Of a stretch of DNA of 64,000 nt, positions 1 to 12,879 are shown piece after piece. The translations under genes and the position numbers were made by a program. How positions within the stretch are numbered: position 1 is the stretch's first letter; every line of letters begins with the position of its first letter. The notes beneath the pieces were generated by a model, which ran no database searches, was not told the DNA's origin, and was given only the letters and a program-made list of their open reading frames with translations. Source of the DNA: Mobula hypostoma (taxonomy: Eukaryota); the NCBI RefSeq assembly GCF_963921235.1, contig NC_086097.1:39930001-39994000 (forward strand), given 5' to 3'.

Positions 1-2502
1 TGCTTTGAAGGTGAAACACTGCCAGAATATTAATACAAACCACCTTTAGGTAGACACTACAAAGATTTATTTATAAGAGGAAGTAGAATGAGAGATTTTC
101 GATGTGATGTTTAGAAGATTGGCTACAGTGTAAGTATAGTAAGGCATATTATATATACTTACCCCACTGAATAGATGAGAATCACATAGTTTCCGGCCAG
201 TTCTTTAAACTGCTTTGATCCCAATTGATAATTACAATAATCAGATAGAGATTATCGCTGTAAGCCTAAATTTTGGGAAACAAATGCAAAGCTGGTTGCT
301 GAACTTTAAATTGATTTCAAGATAATATAGTTATTCTATTCTAAACTTAGTTTCAAAAGATAAATTCTTCTCACAACTGATTTTTATTTTTATAAATGTA
401 AACATATAGATGCATCCATTGCCAGCTGGCCTGTTTTGACAAGAAAAATCATACATTTACATTGTTTTTAACTCTCAGCCTTATGTTGTCAAAGAAATAC
501 AATTACTACATCAGAAGCGTCTCTTTTTTATTATTAAGCCTGATTAATTAAAGAGTAGCAGTTATATGGAGAGTTTTCCATCTTTTGGATGTTTCAATGC
601 ACTTCACTAAGTATGAAATAGATGTGTATTATTTAGTTAGAATATTGATGGAAAACACTGCCGCAGAAATTTGTCTGTGGCCATTAGCACTGTTAGTCTA
701 TTGGCTTCCAGTTATACTCATTTCCAAAATCAAACACAATGTCTTTTGTAACTCTTTTGTGTTGTAACTTTGAACCGGGTCAATGTAAAGACAATGAGGC
801 TGGTTGGCATAAAAAATCTTCATTCATCATTGACAAGCAAGGATTCTCCTGAAGACTATCTATAGAGTCTCCCCAAACACAAATGATATCACATTTTGAT
901 ATTCCTTGGAACAAAATTACCAGCAGGTGATTTGACATAATTTCAAAAACTACACTTATTGTTCACTTCAATATTTTGTGTTTGACAAATGATTCCATTG
1001 TATTACATGTTTCTACAATGGGAGCACACGGTAAGTGACAATGCAGCTCTGAATGGTCAAACACCTTTACTGGGACAATACAATTTTGTATGGATGCTCT
1101 AAAAGTCTCTGAGGATAGAGAATGCAGGCACCCAAGATTAGCATTGTGAGGGCTGACTCTCTGGGTACAAAAATGCCTCTAATATTGATAGATAGATAGA
1201 GCGAATATGCCTATGAACATGATTGATGTGTTGAGCATTGAAATAGCTTCGCTGGTCTGGAAGCTGCCTTGAACTCGGTCACAATGGTGAAAAATAGCTT
1301 AGCCAGTATTCGCTGCCTGGTTTGATATAGGTCGGTTAACATGAACCCATTGGCCTTGCATTTGGTTGATACATACAAGAATGTTGCGTGCTTATGTCAT
1401 TTTGCAAACCATATCCTTTGAGCAGCCATCATCCTGTTATAGCCCCATACCCACTTGTCTGTAGACAGCAATGATCATCTAAAAAGCTGTCCTTTAAAAT
1501 TCAAAGGGATTACTTCTTACTTGGTTGAATTAATGCATGGTATTATTCCATCTCTCATGAAATCCTGATGAACACCACAACAAAGTACTGATTTATTAAG
1601 TCAATCATTTCTTCATTTCATTATAATTTCTTCTGCCTCAGCCTCCAAAGGAACCTAATTTACCTCCACTGCTTTCGTTTTTCATTCTTGCAGAGCCTCT
1701 CATAATATTTTGCATTTGCAAAACCTGCCCTGCAGATATTCTGTGAATTTTTCTTCAGTTATATTTTAAATATATGCCCTAATTACTACTTGGTGGAGGT
1801 GATCTATGCTTGTATTATGCTGCCTGGGAGTATCCAGAGTAAGGCCTGGTTGGTACTTATGTAGGAAATCTTTTGGGAATATCAGGTGTAGAAATCTTGT
1901 TGCATGAGGAAATGGGTGATCCAACCACAAGCAGACAAAATCTTCGTAAAATTACACTTGCCAAAAAAAATCCTGAAATGATACACTTTCAAACATTATC
2001 ATCAGCTGAGTTATTCTTTTAAATATTTTTTCTCCCTTTTAAAATCTGCCATATTAATTGTATTTTTGAATCTTCCAGTTGTTCCTGTGGCATCCATTAT
2101 TATCAGTGCTGACACCCACTTGCATTTCTTCATGCATTTTGTCAGTTCCTTCAAAACATCAAGTGCACTGGTATATTTTGTTCTTAATCTTGGTTGTAAT
2201 CACATTTCCAGAACAGGTATTAAATCAAACCATTAATCTCTTTCAGTGCTGTCAATTTATCAACTTTGTTATGTATTTTTGTGTGTTGAAATGAAATGCC
2301 TTTAGTTTTAGTTTTCACACACAAAATGCTGGAGGAACATTTCTCTTGCTAGTTTTAATTTTACCATTTTGCTGATTTGGCATTTATTTCTGCATTCTTT
2401 CTGTTAAACACTGTACTTTCTTGTTACATTATGCATATCCTTGTCTAAATCAAAATTGCTGGTGAACGCAGCAGGCCAGGCAGCATCTTTAGGAAGAGGT
2501 AC

Positions 2503-2538
2503 AGTCGACATTTCAGGCCGAGACCCTTCGTCAGGACT
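2503..2538 (-). ncRNA. Minimal type I hammerhead ribozyme motif in PLE terminal repeat
   Basis: Minus strand reads agtc-CTGACGA-agggtctcggcct-GAAA-tgtc-gact; stem III has one CpG-decay change. Confidence 0.75.
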
Positions 2539-2834
2539 AACTGAAGGAAGAGTTAGTAAGAGATTTGAAAGTGGGAGGGGGAGGGGGAGATCCAAAATGA
2601 TAGGAGAAGACAGGAGGGGGAGGGATGGAGCCAAGAGCTGGACAGGTGATTGGCAAAGGGGATATGAAAGAATCATGGGACAGGAGGTCCGGGGAGAAAG
2701 ACGGGGGGGTGGGTGGAGCCCAGAGGATGGGCAAGGGGTATATTCAGAGGGACAAAGGGAGAAAAAGGAGAGTGAGAGAAAGAATGTGTGTATAAAAGTA
2801 AGTAACAGATGGGGTACGAAGGGGAGGTGGGGCA

Positions 2835-4380
2835 TTAGCGGAAGTTAGAGAAGTCGATGTTCATGCCATCAGGTTGGAGGCTACCCAGACGGAATATAAG
2901 GTGTTGTTCCTCCAACCTGAGTGTGGCTTCATCTTTACAGTAGAGGAGGCCGTAGATAGACATGTCAGAATGGGAATGGGATGTGGAATTAAAATGTGTA
3001 GCCACTGGGAGATCCTGCTTTCTCTGGCAGACAGAGCGTAGGTGTTCAGCAAAGCGGTCTCCCAGTCTGCGTCGGGTCTCACCAATATATAGAAGGCCAC
3101 ATCGGGAGCACCGGACGCAGTATATCACCCCAACCGACTCACAGGTGAAGTGCTGCCTCACCTGGAAGGACTGTCTGGGGCCCTGAATGGTGGTAAGGGA
3201 GGAAGTGTAAGGGCATGTGTAGCACTTGTTCCGCTTACAAGGATAAGTGCCAGGAGGGAGATCAGTGGGGAGGGATGGGGGGGACGAATGGACAAGGGAG
3301 TCGCGTAGGGAGCGATCCCTGCGGAAAGCAGGGAGAGGGGGGAGGGAAAGATGTGCTTAGTGGTGGGATCCCGTTGGAGGTGGTGGAAGTTACGGAGAAT
3401 AATATGTTGGACCCGGAGGCTGGTAGGGTGGTAGGTGAGGACCAGGGGAACCCTATTCCTAGTGGGATGGCGGGAGGATGGAGTGAGAGCAGATGTGCGT
3501 GAAATGGGGGAGATGCGTTTGAGAGCAGAGTTGATGGTGGAGGAAGGGAAGCCCCTTTCTTTAAAAAAGGAAGACATCTCCCTCATCCTAGAATGAAAAG
3601 CCTCATCCTGAGAGCAGATGCGGCGGAGATGGAGGAATTGCGAGAAGGGAATGGCATTTTTGCAAGAGACAGGGTGAGAAGAGGAATAGTCCAGATAGCT
3701 GTGAGAGTCAGTAGGCTTATAGTAGACATCAGTGGATAAGCTGTCTCCAGAGATGGAGACAGGAAGATCTAGAAAGGGGAGGGAGGTGTCGGAAATGGAC
3801 CAGGTAAACTTGAGGGCGGGGTGAAAGTTGGAGGCAAAGTTAATAAAGTCAATGAGCTCAGCATGCGTGCAGGAAGCAGCACCAATGCAGTCATCGATGT
3901 AGCAAAGGAAAAGTGGGGGACAGATACCAGAATAGGCACGGAACATAGATTGTTCCACAAAGCCAACAAAAAGGCAGGCATAGCTCAGACCCATATGGGT
4001 GCCCATAGCTACACCTTTAGTTTGGAGGAAGTGGGAGGAGCCAAAGGAGAAATTGTTAAGAGTAAGGACTAATTCCGCTAGATGGAGCAGAGTGGTGGTA
4101 GAGGGGAACTGACTAGGTCTGGAATCCAAAAAGAAGCGGAGAGCTTTGACGCCTTCCTGATGGGGGATGGAAGTATATAGGGACTGGACATCCATGGTGA
4201 AAATAAAGCGGTGGGGGCCAGGGAACTTAAAATCATTGAAAAGTTTAAGAGCGTGAGAAGTGTCACGAACATAGGTAGGAAGGGATTGAACGGGGTGGGG
4301 GGAATAAAACCGTGTCGAGGTATGCAGAAACGAGTTCGGTGGGGCAGGAGCAAGCTGAGACAATAGGTCTGCCAGGACAG
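2835..4380 (-). pseudogene. 5'-truncated, frameshifted PLE RT + Cys-rich linker + GIY-YIG endonuclease
   Basis: RT motifs TMDVQSLYTSIP, QTKGVAMGT and YIDD, then DVYYKPTDSHSYL. The endonuclease reads VIYCVRCSRCGLLYIGETRRRLGDRFAEH. The Cys-rich linker (CKRNKCYTC...FTC in copy E2) is typical of the Neptune clade. The frame is broken near the G-runs at ~3330 and ~4295. Confidence 0.9.
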
Positions 4381-5453
4381 TATATCACCCCAGCCGACTC
4401 ATTCCAAGATGAGGGAGATGTCCTCCTTTTTTAAAGAAAGGGGCTTTCCTTCCTCCACCATCAACTCTGCTCTCAAACGCATCTCCCCCATTTCACGCAC
4501 ATCTGCTCTCACTCCATCCTCCCGCCACCCCACTAGGAATAGGGTTCCCCTGGTCCTCACCTACCACCCCACCAGCCTCCGGGTCCAAACATATTATTCT
4601 CTGTAACTTCCGCCGCCTCCAACGGGATCCCACCACTAAGCACATCTTTTCCTCCCCCCCCTCAGCTTTCTGCAGGGATCGCTCCCTAAGCGACGCCCTT
4701 GTCCATTCGTCGCTCCCCATCCCTCCCCACTGATCTCCCCCCGGCACTTATCCTTGTAAGTGGAACAAGTGCTACACATGCCCTCACACTTCCTCCCTTA
4801 CCACCATTCAGGGCCCCAGACAGTCCTTCCAGGTGAGGCAACACTTCACCTGTGAGTCGGCTGGGGTGATATACTGCGTCCGGTGCTCCCGATGTGGCCT
4901 TTTATATATTGGCGAGACCTGACGCAGACTGGGAGACCACTTTGCTGAACACCTACGCTCTGTCTGCCAGAGAAAGCAGGATCTCCCAGTGGCCACACAT
5001 TTTAGTTCCACATCCCATTCCCATTCTGACATGTCTATCCACGGCCTCCTCTACTGTAAAGATGAAGCCACACTCAGGTTGGAGGAACAACACCTTATAT
5101 TCCGTCTGGGTAGCCTCCAACCTGATGGCATGAACATCGACTTCTCTAACTTCCGCTAATGCCCCACCTCCCCCTTGTACCCCATCCGTTATTTATTTTT
5201 ATACACACATTCTTTCCCTCTTTCTCCTTTTTCTCCCTCTGTCCCTCTGACTATACCCCTTGCCCATCCTCTGGGTTCCCTCCCCCCCCGTCTTTCTCCC
5301 CAGACCTCCTGTCCCATGATCCTCTCATATTCCCTTTGCCAATCACCTGTCCAGCTCTTGGCTCCATCCCTCCCCCTCCTGTCTTCTCCTATCATTTTGG
5401 ATCTCCCCCTCCCCCTCCCACTTTCAAATCTCTTACTAACTCTTCCTTCAGTT

Positions 5454-5489
5454 AGTCCTGACGAAGGGTCTCGGCCTGAAACGTCAACT
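5454..5489 (+). ncRNA. Minimal type I hammerhead ribozyme motif
   Basis: agtc-CTGACGA-agggtctcggcct-GAAA-cgtc-aact: both conserved core boxes, stem II, palindromic ACGT stem III and a GUC cleavage triplet. Confidence 0.75.
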
Positions 5490-6429
5490 GTACCTCTTCC
5501 TGGAGATGCTGTCTGGCCTGCTGCGTTCACCAGCAACTTTGATGTGTTTTGCTTGAATTTCCAGCATCTGCAGAATTCCTGTTGTTTCCTTGTCTAAATC
5601 ATTAGTTTGCTCTGATGCCAAGCTTCCTTTTTAGATTTCTTACTTTACTTCTCTTCTGACACTATAGTTTTATACCCTATCTTCACAGTCAGTTATTTGA
5701 TTCACCAGTCCATTAAGTTTTGCTAAGTTTAAACGGAATCTGTCTGAAAAGAATAGCACCCATTTTTTACCATGCGCATAAACTAAAGCCATCTGTCACC
5801 CATACCCTTCTCTGAGACTTTCTGATCTGCATGAATAGATGCCAATTTGCATGTAACTCAGTTAGGAATTCAGAGATTATTGCAATGCTGCATTTTAATT
5901 TTTGCCTCAGGATCCCAAATTTCCCAACAGAATTTCAGCCCTGCTTTTTCTTTTGTGATTAGTTCACAAATGTGCCATGACAACTGTATCCTCCCATTTC
6001 ACTCCCATTGCTTCCCTAACCGTAAAGTGCTAGCCTTAACATTAGCACTGTCTCTTATTGCTAAATGTGCTTTTAACACAATCAAAGCAAATGCCTTGCA
6101 GCTAAATGTTGAAATGCTAATAAAGCTATAATTATCTTTTGTTGTTACTTTATTCTACCAGCCCGCCGGCATATTCCATTGCTCGTATTTTAAGAGAGTG
6201 AGATTCATCCATTCTTCTATTTGAAATAAACTACACTTCAAGCTCACTTTGAAAACAGACACAGGAACTTCACAAAAGTTTACAAGACTAGACTTCTTCA
6301 TCTTTCTGTAAAGTTGATGAACCTCAATAAATATAGTTATTAAAATATTTTTCCCTTAACAGCACAATAAATGGGTGTTCAAGATTTGATCTATGAGATA
6401 TTGGTACGTAGGTGATTAATAGTATAGGG

Positions 6430-6980
6430 TGCAGTCACGAGTCCTGATTGAGGGATCTGAAGTGGAAAGAATGAGCAGTTTTAAGTTCCTGGGAGTCAAC
6501 ATCTCTGCGGATTTATCCTGGGCCAACATGTTGAAGGAAGGCACGACGGTGGCTTTATTTAATTTTGAATTTGAGGAGAGTTGGTATATCACCAAAAGCT
6601 GCAGAAGTTGTTAACTCCACCAGCTCCATGAGTACTAGCCTCCCCTGCAATGAGGAAATCTTTCAAAGGCAATGCCTCTGAAAGGTGGCATCCATCTTTA
6701 AAGACCCCAGCACCCAAAACATTCACCCTTCTCATTTCTACCACCAAAGAGGAGGTATAGAGCCTGAAGACACACATCCAATGTTTCAGGAACGGTTTCT
6801 TCTCCTCCGCCATCAGATTTCTGAACAGACAATGAACACTCCCTCAGTGTGTTTTCCTTTCTTTTTGCACGACCTATTTAATTTTTATATATACTTATTA
6901 TAATTTATAGTTTTGTACTGCTGCTACAAAACAAAAAAATTCACGACATATGGCAGAGGTATTAAACCTGATTCTAACCC
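6430..6980 (+). mobile_element. Rex1/Babar-like LINE 3' fragment
   Basis: Encodes EVERMSSFKFLGVNISADLSW and ASIFKDP motifs; similar to other copies in the window. Confidence 0.7.
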
Positions 6981-7745
6981 TGGGACTTAATAACCCCTGA
7001 TAAGGAAAAGGAAAATAACTCTTTATCAGGCCAAATTAGTGATAAAGTGGCTTGACTAAATGTTGGGTGACAACAGGAGCCAATTTGGTTATGATGGTCA
7101 ACTCAAATCCTCTTAGTTTATTGATGAAAATTAACAACTTAGAAGGGTTATGGTAAGACTCGAAACACTGGTTGTGAATGATGGCCTTGCATTCATTGGT
7201 CTTCAGAGTTTGTAGAGTCCCTACTACTTGTATTTCCAATTGTGTTATGAATCTGGAAGGCTAAACCAAGCTGCCGAGAGCATCTATGACCTGCTGGTAC
7301 CAAGTCCTCTTGTGACGCCTTAGGGCCACATGATCAGCCAGAAGAATACCTGCCCGTGAATGGTTGAGCAAACCACTGACAGACGACAAAGGTACACTGC
7401 TGCTTGTCAAATCTGTGGCACTTTTTAAATGCCTTGGAAAGACCCTGACATCTGGAAACTTTCAAAAGCTGTTGAAAGTAAACAGCTAAATCTTTTAAAT
7501 TGACAGTTTTTAAGAATTAAAAGCTACATAAATATAATTTTAATGCATTAAAATACTGTAACAAATACAAGTAATTTTGAAAATGTAATTTATTCTTTCG
7601 TCCTCACTGCTATAAATCTAAGTGAAGTGAATGGGCAATGGAATCCTGTTTCAAGTTTAACCTGATGCAGGATCTGTCAGCAACACCCCTGGTGTCAGGG
7701 CATAGAAGTCTCAGTAATTTCCCACATCCTGCTGGAAGTACTCAG

Positions 7746-7876
7746 AACTGATGCAGGGTTTCGACCTGAAACATTGACAATACCTTTCCTCCCACAGGTG
7801 CCGCTCGATGTGCTGGGTTCCTCCAGCAGATTTACATTTTTGCTCCAAATTCTACCGTCTGTAGTCTCTTGTGTCT
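7746..7876 (+). mobile_element. Degenerate ribozyme-headed PLE mini-insertion
   Basis: ctgatgcagggtttcgacctgaaacattgac followed by a diverged PLE 3' end (gttcctccagcag...ctgtagtctcttgtgt). Confidence 0.55.
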
Positions 7877-8106
7877 CTCAGCAAGTTCACGCTCCACTGC
7901 TGGGCTCTGTGTAGGGCACAGTAGCCAGGTATAGGATGTATATATTCAAAGCCTGCCAGAATCTCTGAGGTACATTCTGTAAGTTCATCATGGAACTATT
8001 GACATCTTTTAGAAAGGGTTGGCCCAATATTACGGTATTTGTTGGTGTTAACACTTCAAAGGCTTATGCTTCCAACTACTCAAACTTATCCCACTCTTAA
8101 AATGAT

Positions 8107-8411
8107 ATAGACAATAGACAATAGGTGCAGGAGTAGGCCCTTCGGCCCTTCGAGCCAGCACCGCCATTCACTGTGATCATGGCTGATCATCCACAATCAG
8201 TATCCAGTTCCTGCCTTATCCCCATAACCTTTGATTCCACTATCTTTAAGAGCTCTATCCATCTCTTTTTTGAAAGCATCCAGAGACCTGGCCTCCACAG
8301 CCTTCTGGGGCAGAGCATTCCATACATCCACCACTCTCTGGGTGAAAAAGTTTTTCCTCAACTCTGTTCTAAATGGCCTACCCCTTATTCTTAAACTGTG
8401 GCCTCTGGTTC
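8107..8411 (-). mobile_element. CR1 LINE 3' end
   Basis: Tail of (atagaca) repeats and a CR1 3'UTR similar to 51560 and 60612. atgatat occurs at both flanks. Confidence 0.75.
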
Positions 8412-8455
8412 ATGATATGTAGTCTTATTTATTGATCATGATACATACTTTGAAA

Positions 8456-9307
8456 TGTTACGAGAATACACATAAAATTAAGATGTTTGCTGGCCTGGGC
8501 TAGCATCAGTGGCATCAGCAGTTGGTCTGCCACCTGCCCTCAGGGGAAGGAGAGATAAGGAACAATGGAGCAGCGTCTGGAGATGTGTAATGAAGGGATG
8601 TGGGAGGAAGAGCTGTCTGGAGCGGCTCCCCCCTTTGAACCCTGAACTGTTTGAAGTGATGGACAGGCGATACCCCAGCAGGGGGATAAAAAGGGACAGG
8701 TTCGCTAAGACAGACACACGCCACCCGAGGTAACGAGACCCTGGAAGCGGTACGCTTCTCACGAGTGGGTGGAAAGGTACGATCAGCGGGAACCCGGTGT
8801 GTGTCCGCCCTTGCCTGGGTGCCGGGTTCACTGCAGAGGATCGACTGCATCTGGAGGAGGGGTCACAGTCGGTGACCTCAGGTGACATCACCAAGGACCC
8901 GCCCAAAAGCTGTTTGTGAGCCATCTCGCTGGTCTGTGAGCCATCTTGCTGGTCTGTGAGTGAAGCCGTTCTGAATGATGAGTTGTTCCTATTCTATCTC
9001 TCTCTTCCCCCACGTTGTCCACCGCCATGGCAACGATTACTGCGAACTGAACTACTAAACTGGACTGAACTTTGAGTCATTTTGAAATTGGTCATTTACC
9101 CCTAGACAACGATAGAGCTTGATTGATGCTGTTATCTTAATTCTGTGCACATGTGTGTTTATCATCACTGAACTGTTGCATTTATTATCCTTTCGATTAC
9201 TGTGTTGCTTGTTTCTTTAATAAAACTTTCTTAGTTCTAGTACTCCAGACTCCAACTGAGTGATCCATTTCTGCTGGTTTGGCAACCCAGTTACGGGGTA
9301 CGTAACA
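8456..9307 (+). mobile_element. Solo LTR (Gypsy or ERV type), 852 bp
   Basis: Termini tgttacg...cgtaaca (TG..CA, 7-bp inverted), 4-bp TSD gaaa at 8452-8455 and 9308-9311, and AATAAA at 9219. Confidence 0.88.
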
Positions 9308-9739
9308 GAAAGAAAGAGTTAAGAGGGATATGGGTCAGGTCCTTTGGCCTAAAACGTACCACCTAGCTTGGTGGGCATCATGGTCAACATGGACAAGTTG
9401 GGTCAAAGGACCTGTTTCATATTCAGATTCATTTATCACCTATACATGTCAACAAACAGTGAAATATGTCGCTTGCATTAACAACCAACACACACAAGGA
9501 TGTGCTGGGGGCAGTCACAAGTGTTGCCTCACATTCTGTCGCCAACATAGCATACCCATAATGTTCATCAGAGCAACACAGATGATAACAAACAACAGAA
9601 CAACAGTTTTTCAACTCCAGGATCAGGACTCGTGTCTCCATTCTCCAGACTGTTGTCTGCTGTCATGCCATCCTGTTACCGTAAGACTCTAAAATAATGT
9701 TCAATCTTGACTGTATCAGGTTGGTGTCTTACCTGGACT

Positions 9740-12270
9740 CAAAGTTAAAAGTTCAAAGTAAATTTATTATCAAAGTTGATGTATGTCACCAGAGACAACC
9801 CTGAGATTCATTTTCTTGCAGGTATACTCAATAAATCCATAATGGAATAAAAACTATTATAGAAACAATGAAAGACCACACTGACTTGGGTGTTCAACCA
9901 GTGTGCAAAAGACAAACTGTGCAAATAAAAAAAAGAAATTATATTAATAAAAAAATAAATAAACAATAAATTTTGAGACGATGAGATGAAGAGTCCTTGA
10001 AAGTGAGTCCATAGGTTGTGGGAACATTTCAATGACAAGGCAAGAGAAGATGAGTGAAGTTACCCCCTTTGGTTCAAGGCCTTGATGGCTGAGGGGTAAG
10101 AAATGTTCCTGAACCTGGTGGTGTGAATCCTGAGGCTCCTGTACCTTCTTCCTCATTGCCGCAGTGAGAAGAGAGCATGGCCTGGGTGATGGGGGTCTCT
10201 GATGCTAATTGCAGCTTTTGGAAATGTGTTCAATGGTGGGGAGGGCTTTGCCCATGATGGCCTGGGCCAATCTGCTACTTTTTGTCGGATTTTCCATTCA
10301 AGGACTTTGGCGTTCCAATACCAGGCAGTGGTGCAGCCAGTCAATATTCCCTCCATCACTCATCTATAGAAGTTTGTCAAAGTTTTAGATGTCATGCCAA
10401 ATCTTCCCAAACTCCTAAGGACACAGAGGCATTGCTGTGCTTTCTTCATAATTGCACTGGTGGTAGGTGCAGGACAAGTCTCTGAAATGGTAGCACCGAG
10501 TTTAAATTTGCTGACCCTCTCCTCTGATGAGGACTGGCTTATGGATCTCTAGTTCCTTCCTCCTGAAGTCAATAATCAGCTTCTCGGTCTTGTTGACATT
10601 CAGTGAGAGGTTGTTGTGGCGCCATTCAACCAGAATTTAAATGTCCCTCCTAGATGCTGATTTGTCAACACCTTTGATCCGGCCAACAACAGTGGTGTCA
10701 TCAGCAAACTGAATATGACATTGGAGCTGTACTTAGCTACACAGTCGTAAGTGTAAAGTGAGTAGAGCGGGGGGCTAAGCACACTGCCTCGTGGTGCACC
10801 TGTGCTGATGGAGATTATGGAGGAGATGTTGTTGCCAAACTGACTGACTGGGGTCTCTAAGTGAGGAGATTGCTGATCTAATTGCACAAGGAGGCATTCA
10901 GGCTAAGGTGTTGGAGCTTATTGATTAGTTTAGAAGAGGTGATGGTACTGACTGCTGAGTCGTAGTCGATGAAGAACATCCTGATATATGCATCTTTGCT
11001 GTACAGATGTTCCAGGGGTTGAGTGAAGAGTCACTGAGATTCCATCTGCTGTGGACCTTTCGCTCCAGTAGGCAACTTGGAGTGGATGCGAGTTGCTTCT
11101 CAGGCAGAGTTGCTATGTTTCATCACCAACCTTTCAAAACACTTCATCATTGTGGATGTAAGTGCTACTGAGTGATAGTCAATGCAGCAGGTTACCATGT
11201 TCATCTTAGGCAACCGTAGAATGAAGCCTACTTGAAGCAGGTTGGTATGTCAGAATGCCAAAGTGAGAGGTTAAAGATATTAGTGAACACTCCAGCCAGT
11301 TGATTAGCGCCGGTCTTTAGTACTTGCCAGGTACCACATCTGGGCGGATTCTCTTTGTGGTTTCACACTCTTGAAGTTTGCTTGCATGTTGGCCTCAGAG
11401 ACTGAAATCACAGGATCATTGGGGGCTGTGGGAGTTTGTGATGGTTCCTCCATATTTCAATGATCAAAATGAGCACAGAAGGCATTGAAGTCATGTGGAA
11501 GTGAAGCTGTGTTTACTTTATGATAGGATTCAAGCCTTGCCAAAACTGTTGAACGTCCTTCGCTGATTTAAGTGTAGTCGGGAATGGCCACTTCGCTTGT
11601 GAGGTGGCTTTCCACAGATCGGACCTGGAACTCTTGTAACTTCTTTGGTTGCCAGACTTGAATGACTCTGACCTGACCCTCAGCAAGTTGTGGATCTTGG
11701 GGCTTTTGGTTGGGGGAGACTTTGAATGATATTGTGGCACACCACACTTCTCTACAACTGTTTTAAAAAAAATCTGTGACAACCATGGTGCATTCACTCA
11801 GATCCACAGGTGAGCCCAGTCTACTGACTTGAAGCAATCCCGTAGCTGATCCTCTGCCTCCTGCAACCAACTCTTTGTTATCCTCATCTCTGGAGCTCTA
11901 CCCTTTAGCCTCTTCTGTATGCAGGTGGCTGGACAGCCAAATGATCAGGTTTACCGAAAATGCGGTCTGGGCATGGTACGGTAGGTATTTCTTATCTTAG
12001 TGTAACAGTGGACAAGTATGTTGGGACCTCTGGTGCTACAGGTTATATGTTGATGGTAATTGGGCAGGGTGTTCTTCAAACAAGCCTGGTTGAAGTCCCC
12101 GACTATGATTTGAAATGCATCAAGATGATGTATTTCTTGTTTGGAAACAGCATCATGCAGTACCTCAAGTGCTTGATTATAGTCGGCCTCTGGCGGTAGG
12201 TAAACTGCGGTCAGGATGATGGAGGAGAACTCCCTAGGTAAATATAAGTTGTATTGGGGTTTTGTGGATG
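9740..12270 (-). mobile_element. Rex1/Babar-like LINE, decayed (APE endonuclease + RT + 3'UTR)
   Basis: Endonuclease PREFSSIILTAVYLPP...IVGDFNQ...TRGPNILVHCYT; RT STGAPRGSVLSPPLYSLYTYDC; tactttgaac-type tail at ~9750. Confidence 0.85.
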
Positions 12271-12879
12271 GCAACTTTATATTTTAAGAGGGTGGGAAAA
12301 CCTATGTATTGAATGACCAACGTTAAAAGGGAATTTGCATTTTTTTCCCTCTGGGAACCCAGCAGTTGAGTAAGGAGGAGTGAAGTTCCTGAAGCAATCA
12401 GAGCATGAATGCTGTGCAGATTTAGTCAAAGGGAAGATTTCCTGTGAGAGTAAGAGCTTGTGTGTGGCATCAAATGTGCTGGCTGCAGAGATTCTAGCTG
12501 ACATCAGGAATGGAGTTGGCAATTGTCCAGAAGATTCAAATGGATGTTGGGAACTGTTGTGACCCAAGATCTGCTGTGAGTACAATGGCTGAAAGCTTTT
12601 CCCACTGCCTCCTTTTAAGTAGTTGAATAGTCCTTGGGATGCAGTGACCTCACTTTTAATAAAGACCCTGCTTGCATATTTCCAGCACTTAGTGGTTCTA
12701 ATATTTCAGTTTTCCTAACTATTGAGAGGATTTGCTGTGTTTCTTCAGGACCACCCAGCTCTCACCTTCATCACAGCCTCATGTGAAACCTGGAGCAAGG
12801 AACTTAATTCCTGGATGTAACATGAGAGTTGCTGTCCTTGGCAGCAGGGTGTTCACCACTGTGACATTGAGAAAAAGTG

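Larger units (their letters stand above)
2453..5586. mobile_element. Neptune-type Penelope-like retroelement, inverted (head-to-head) insertion E1
   Basis: Left arm (minus, ~2449-4380) and right arm (plus, ~4399-5586) are reverse complements over ~1.15 kb. A 15-bp direct repeat tccttgtctaaatca flanks the unit at 2438-2452 and 5587-5601. RT and GIY-YIG motifs are present. Confidence 0.93.

Noticed and set aside
2404..2848. Pro/Ser- or Gly/Arg-rich ORFs over PLE UTRs (also 5159-5597, 24290-25087, 26106-26505)
   Set aside because: These are chance frames in purine/pyrimidine-skewed UTR and antisense sequence.
2453..5586. E1 and E2 as TIR DNA transposons or assembly artefacts
   Set aside because: The arms encode RT/GIY-YIG, are asymmetric, differ by substitutions and are bounded by locus-specific TSDs.
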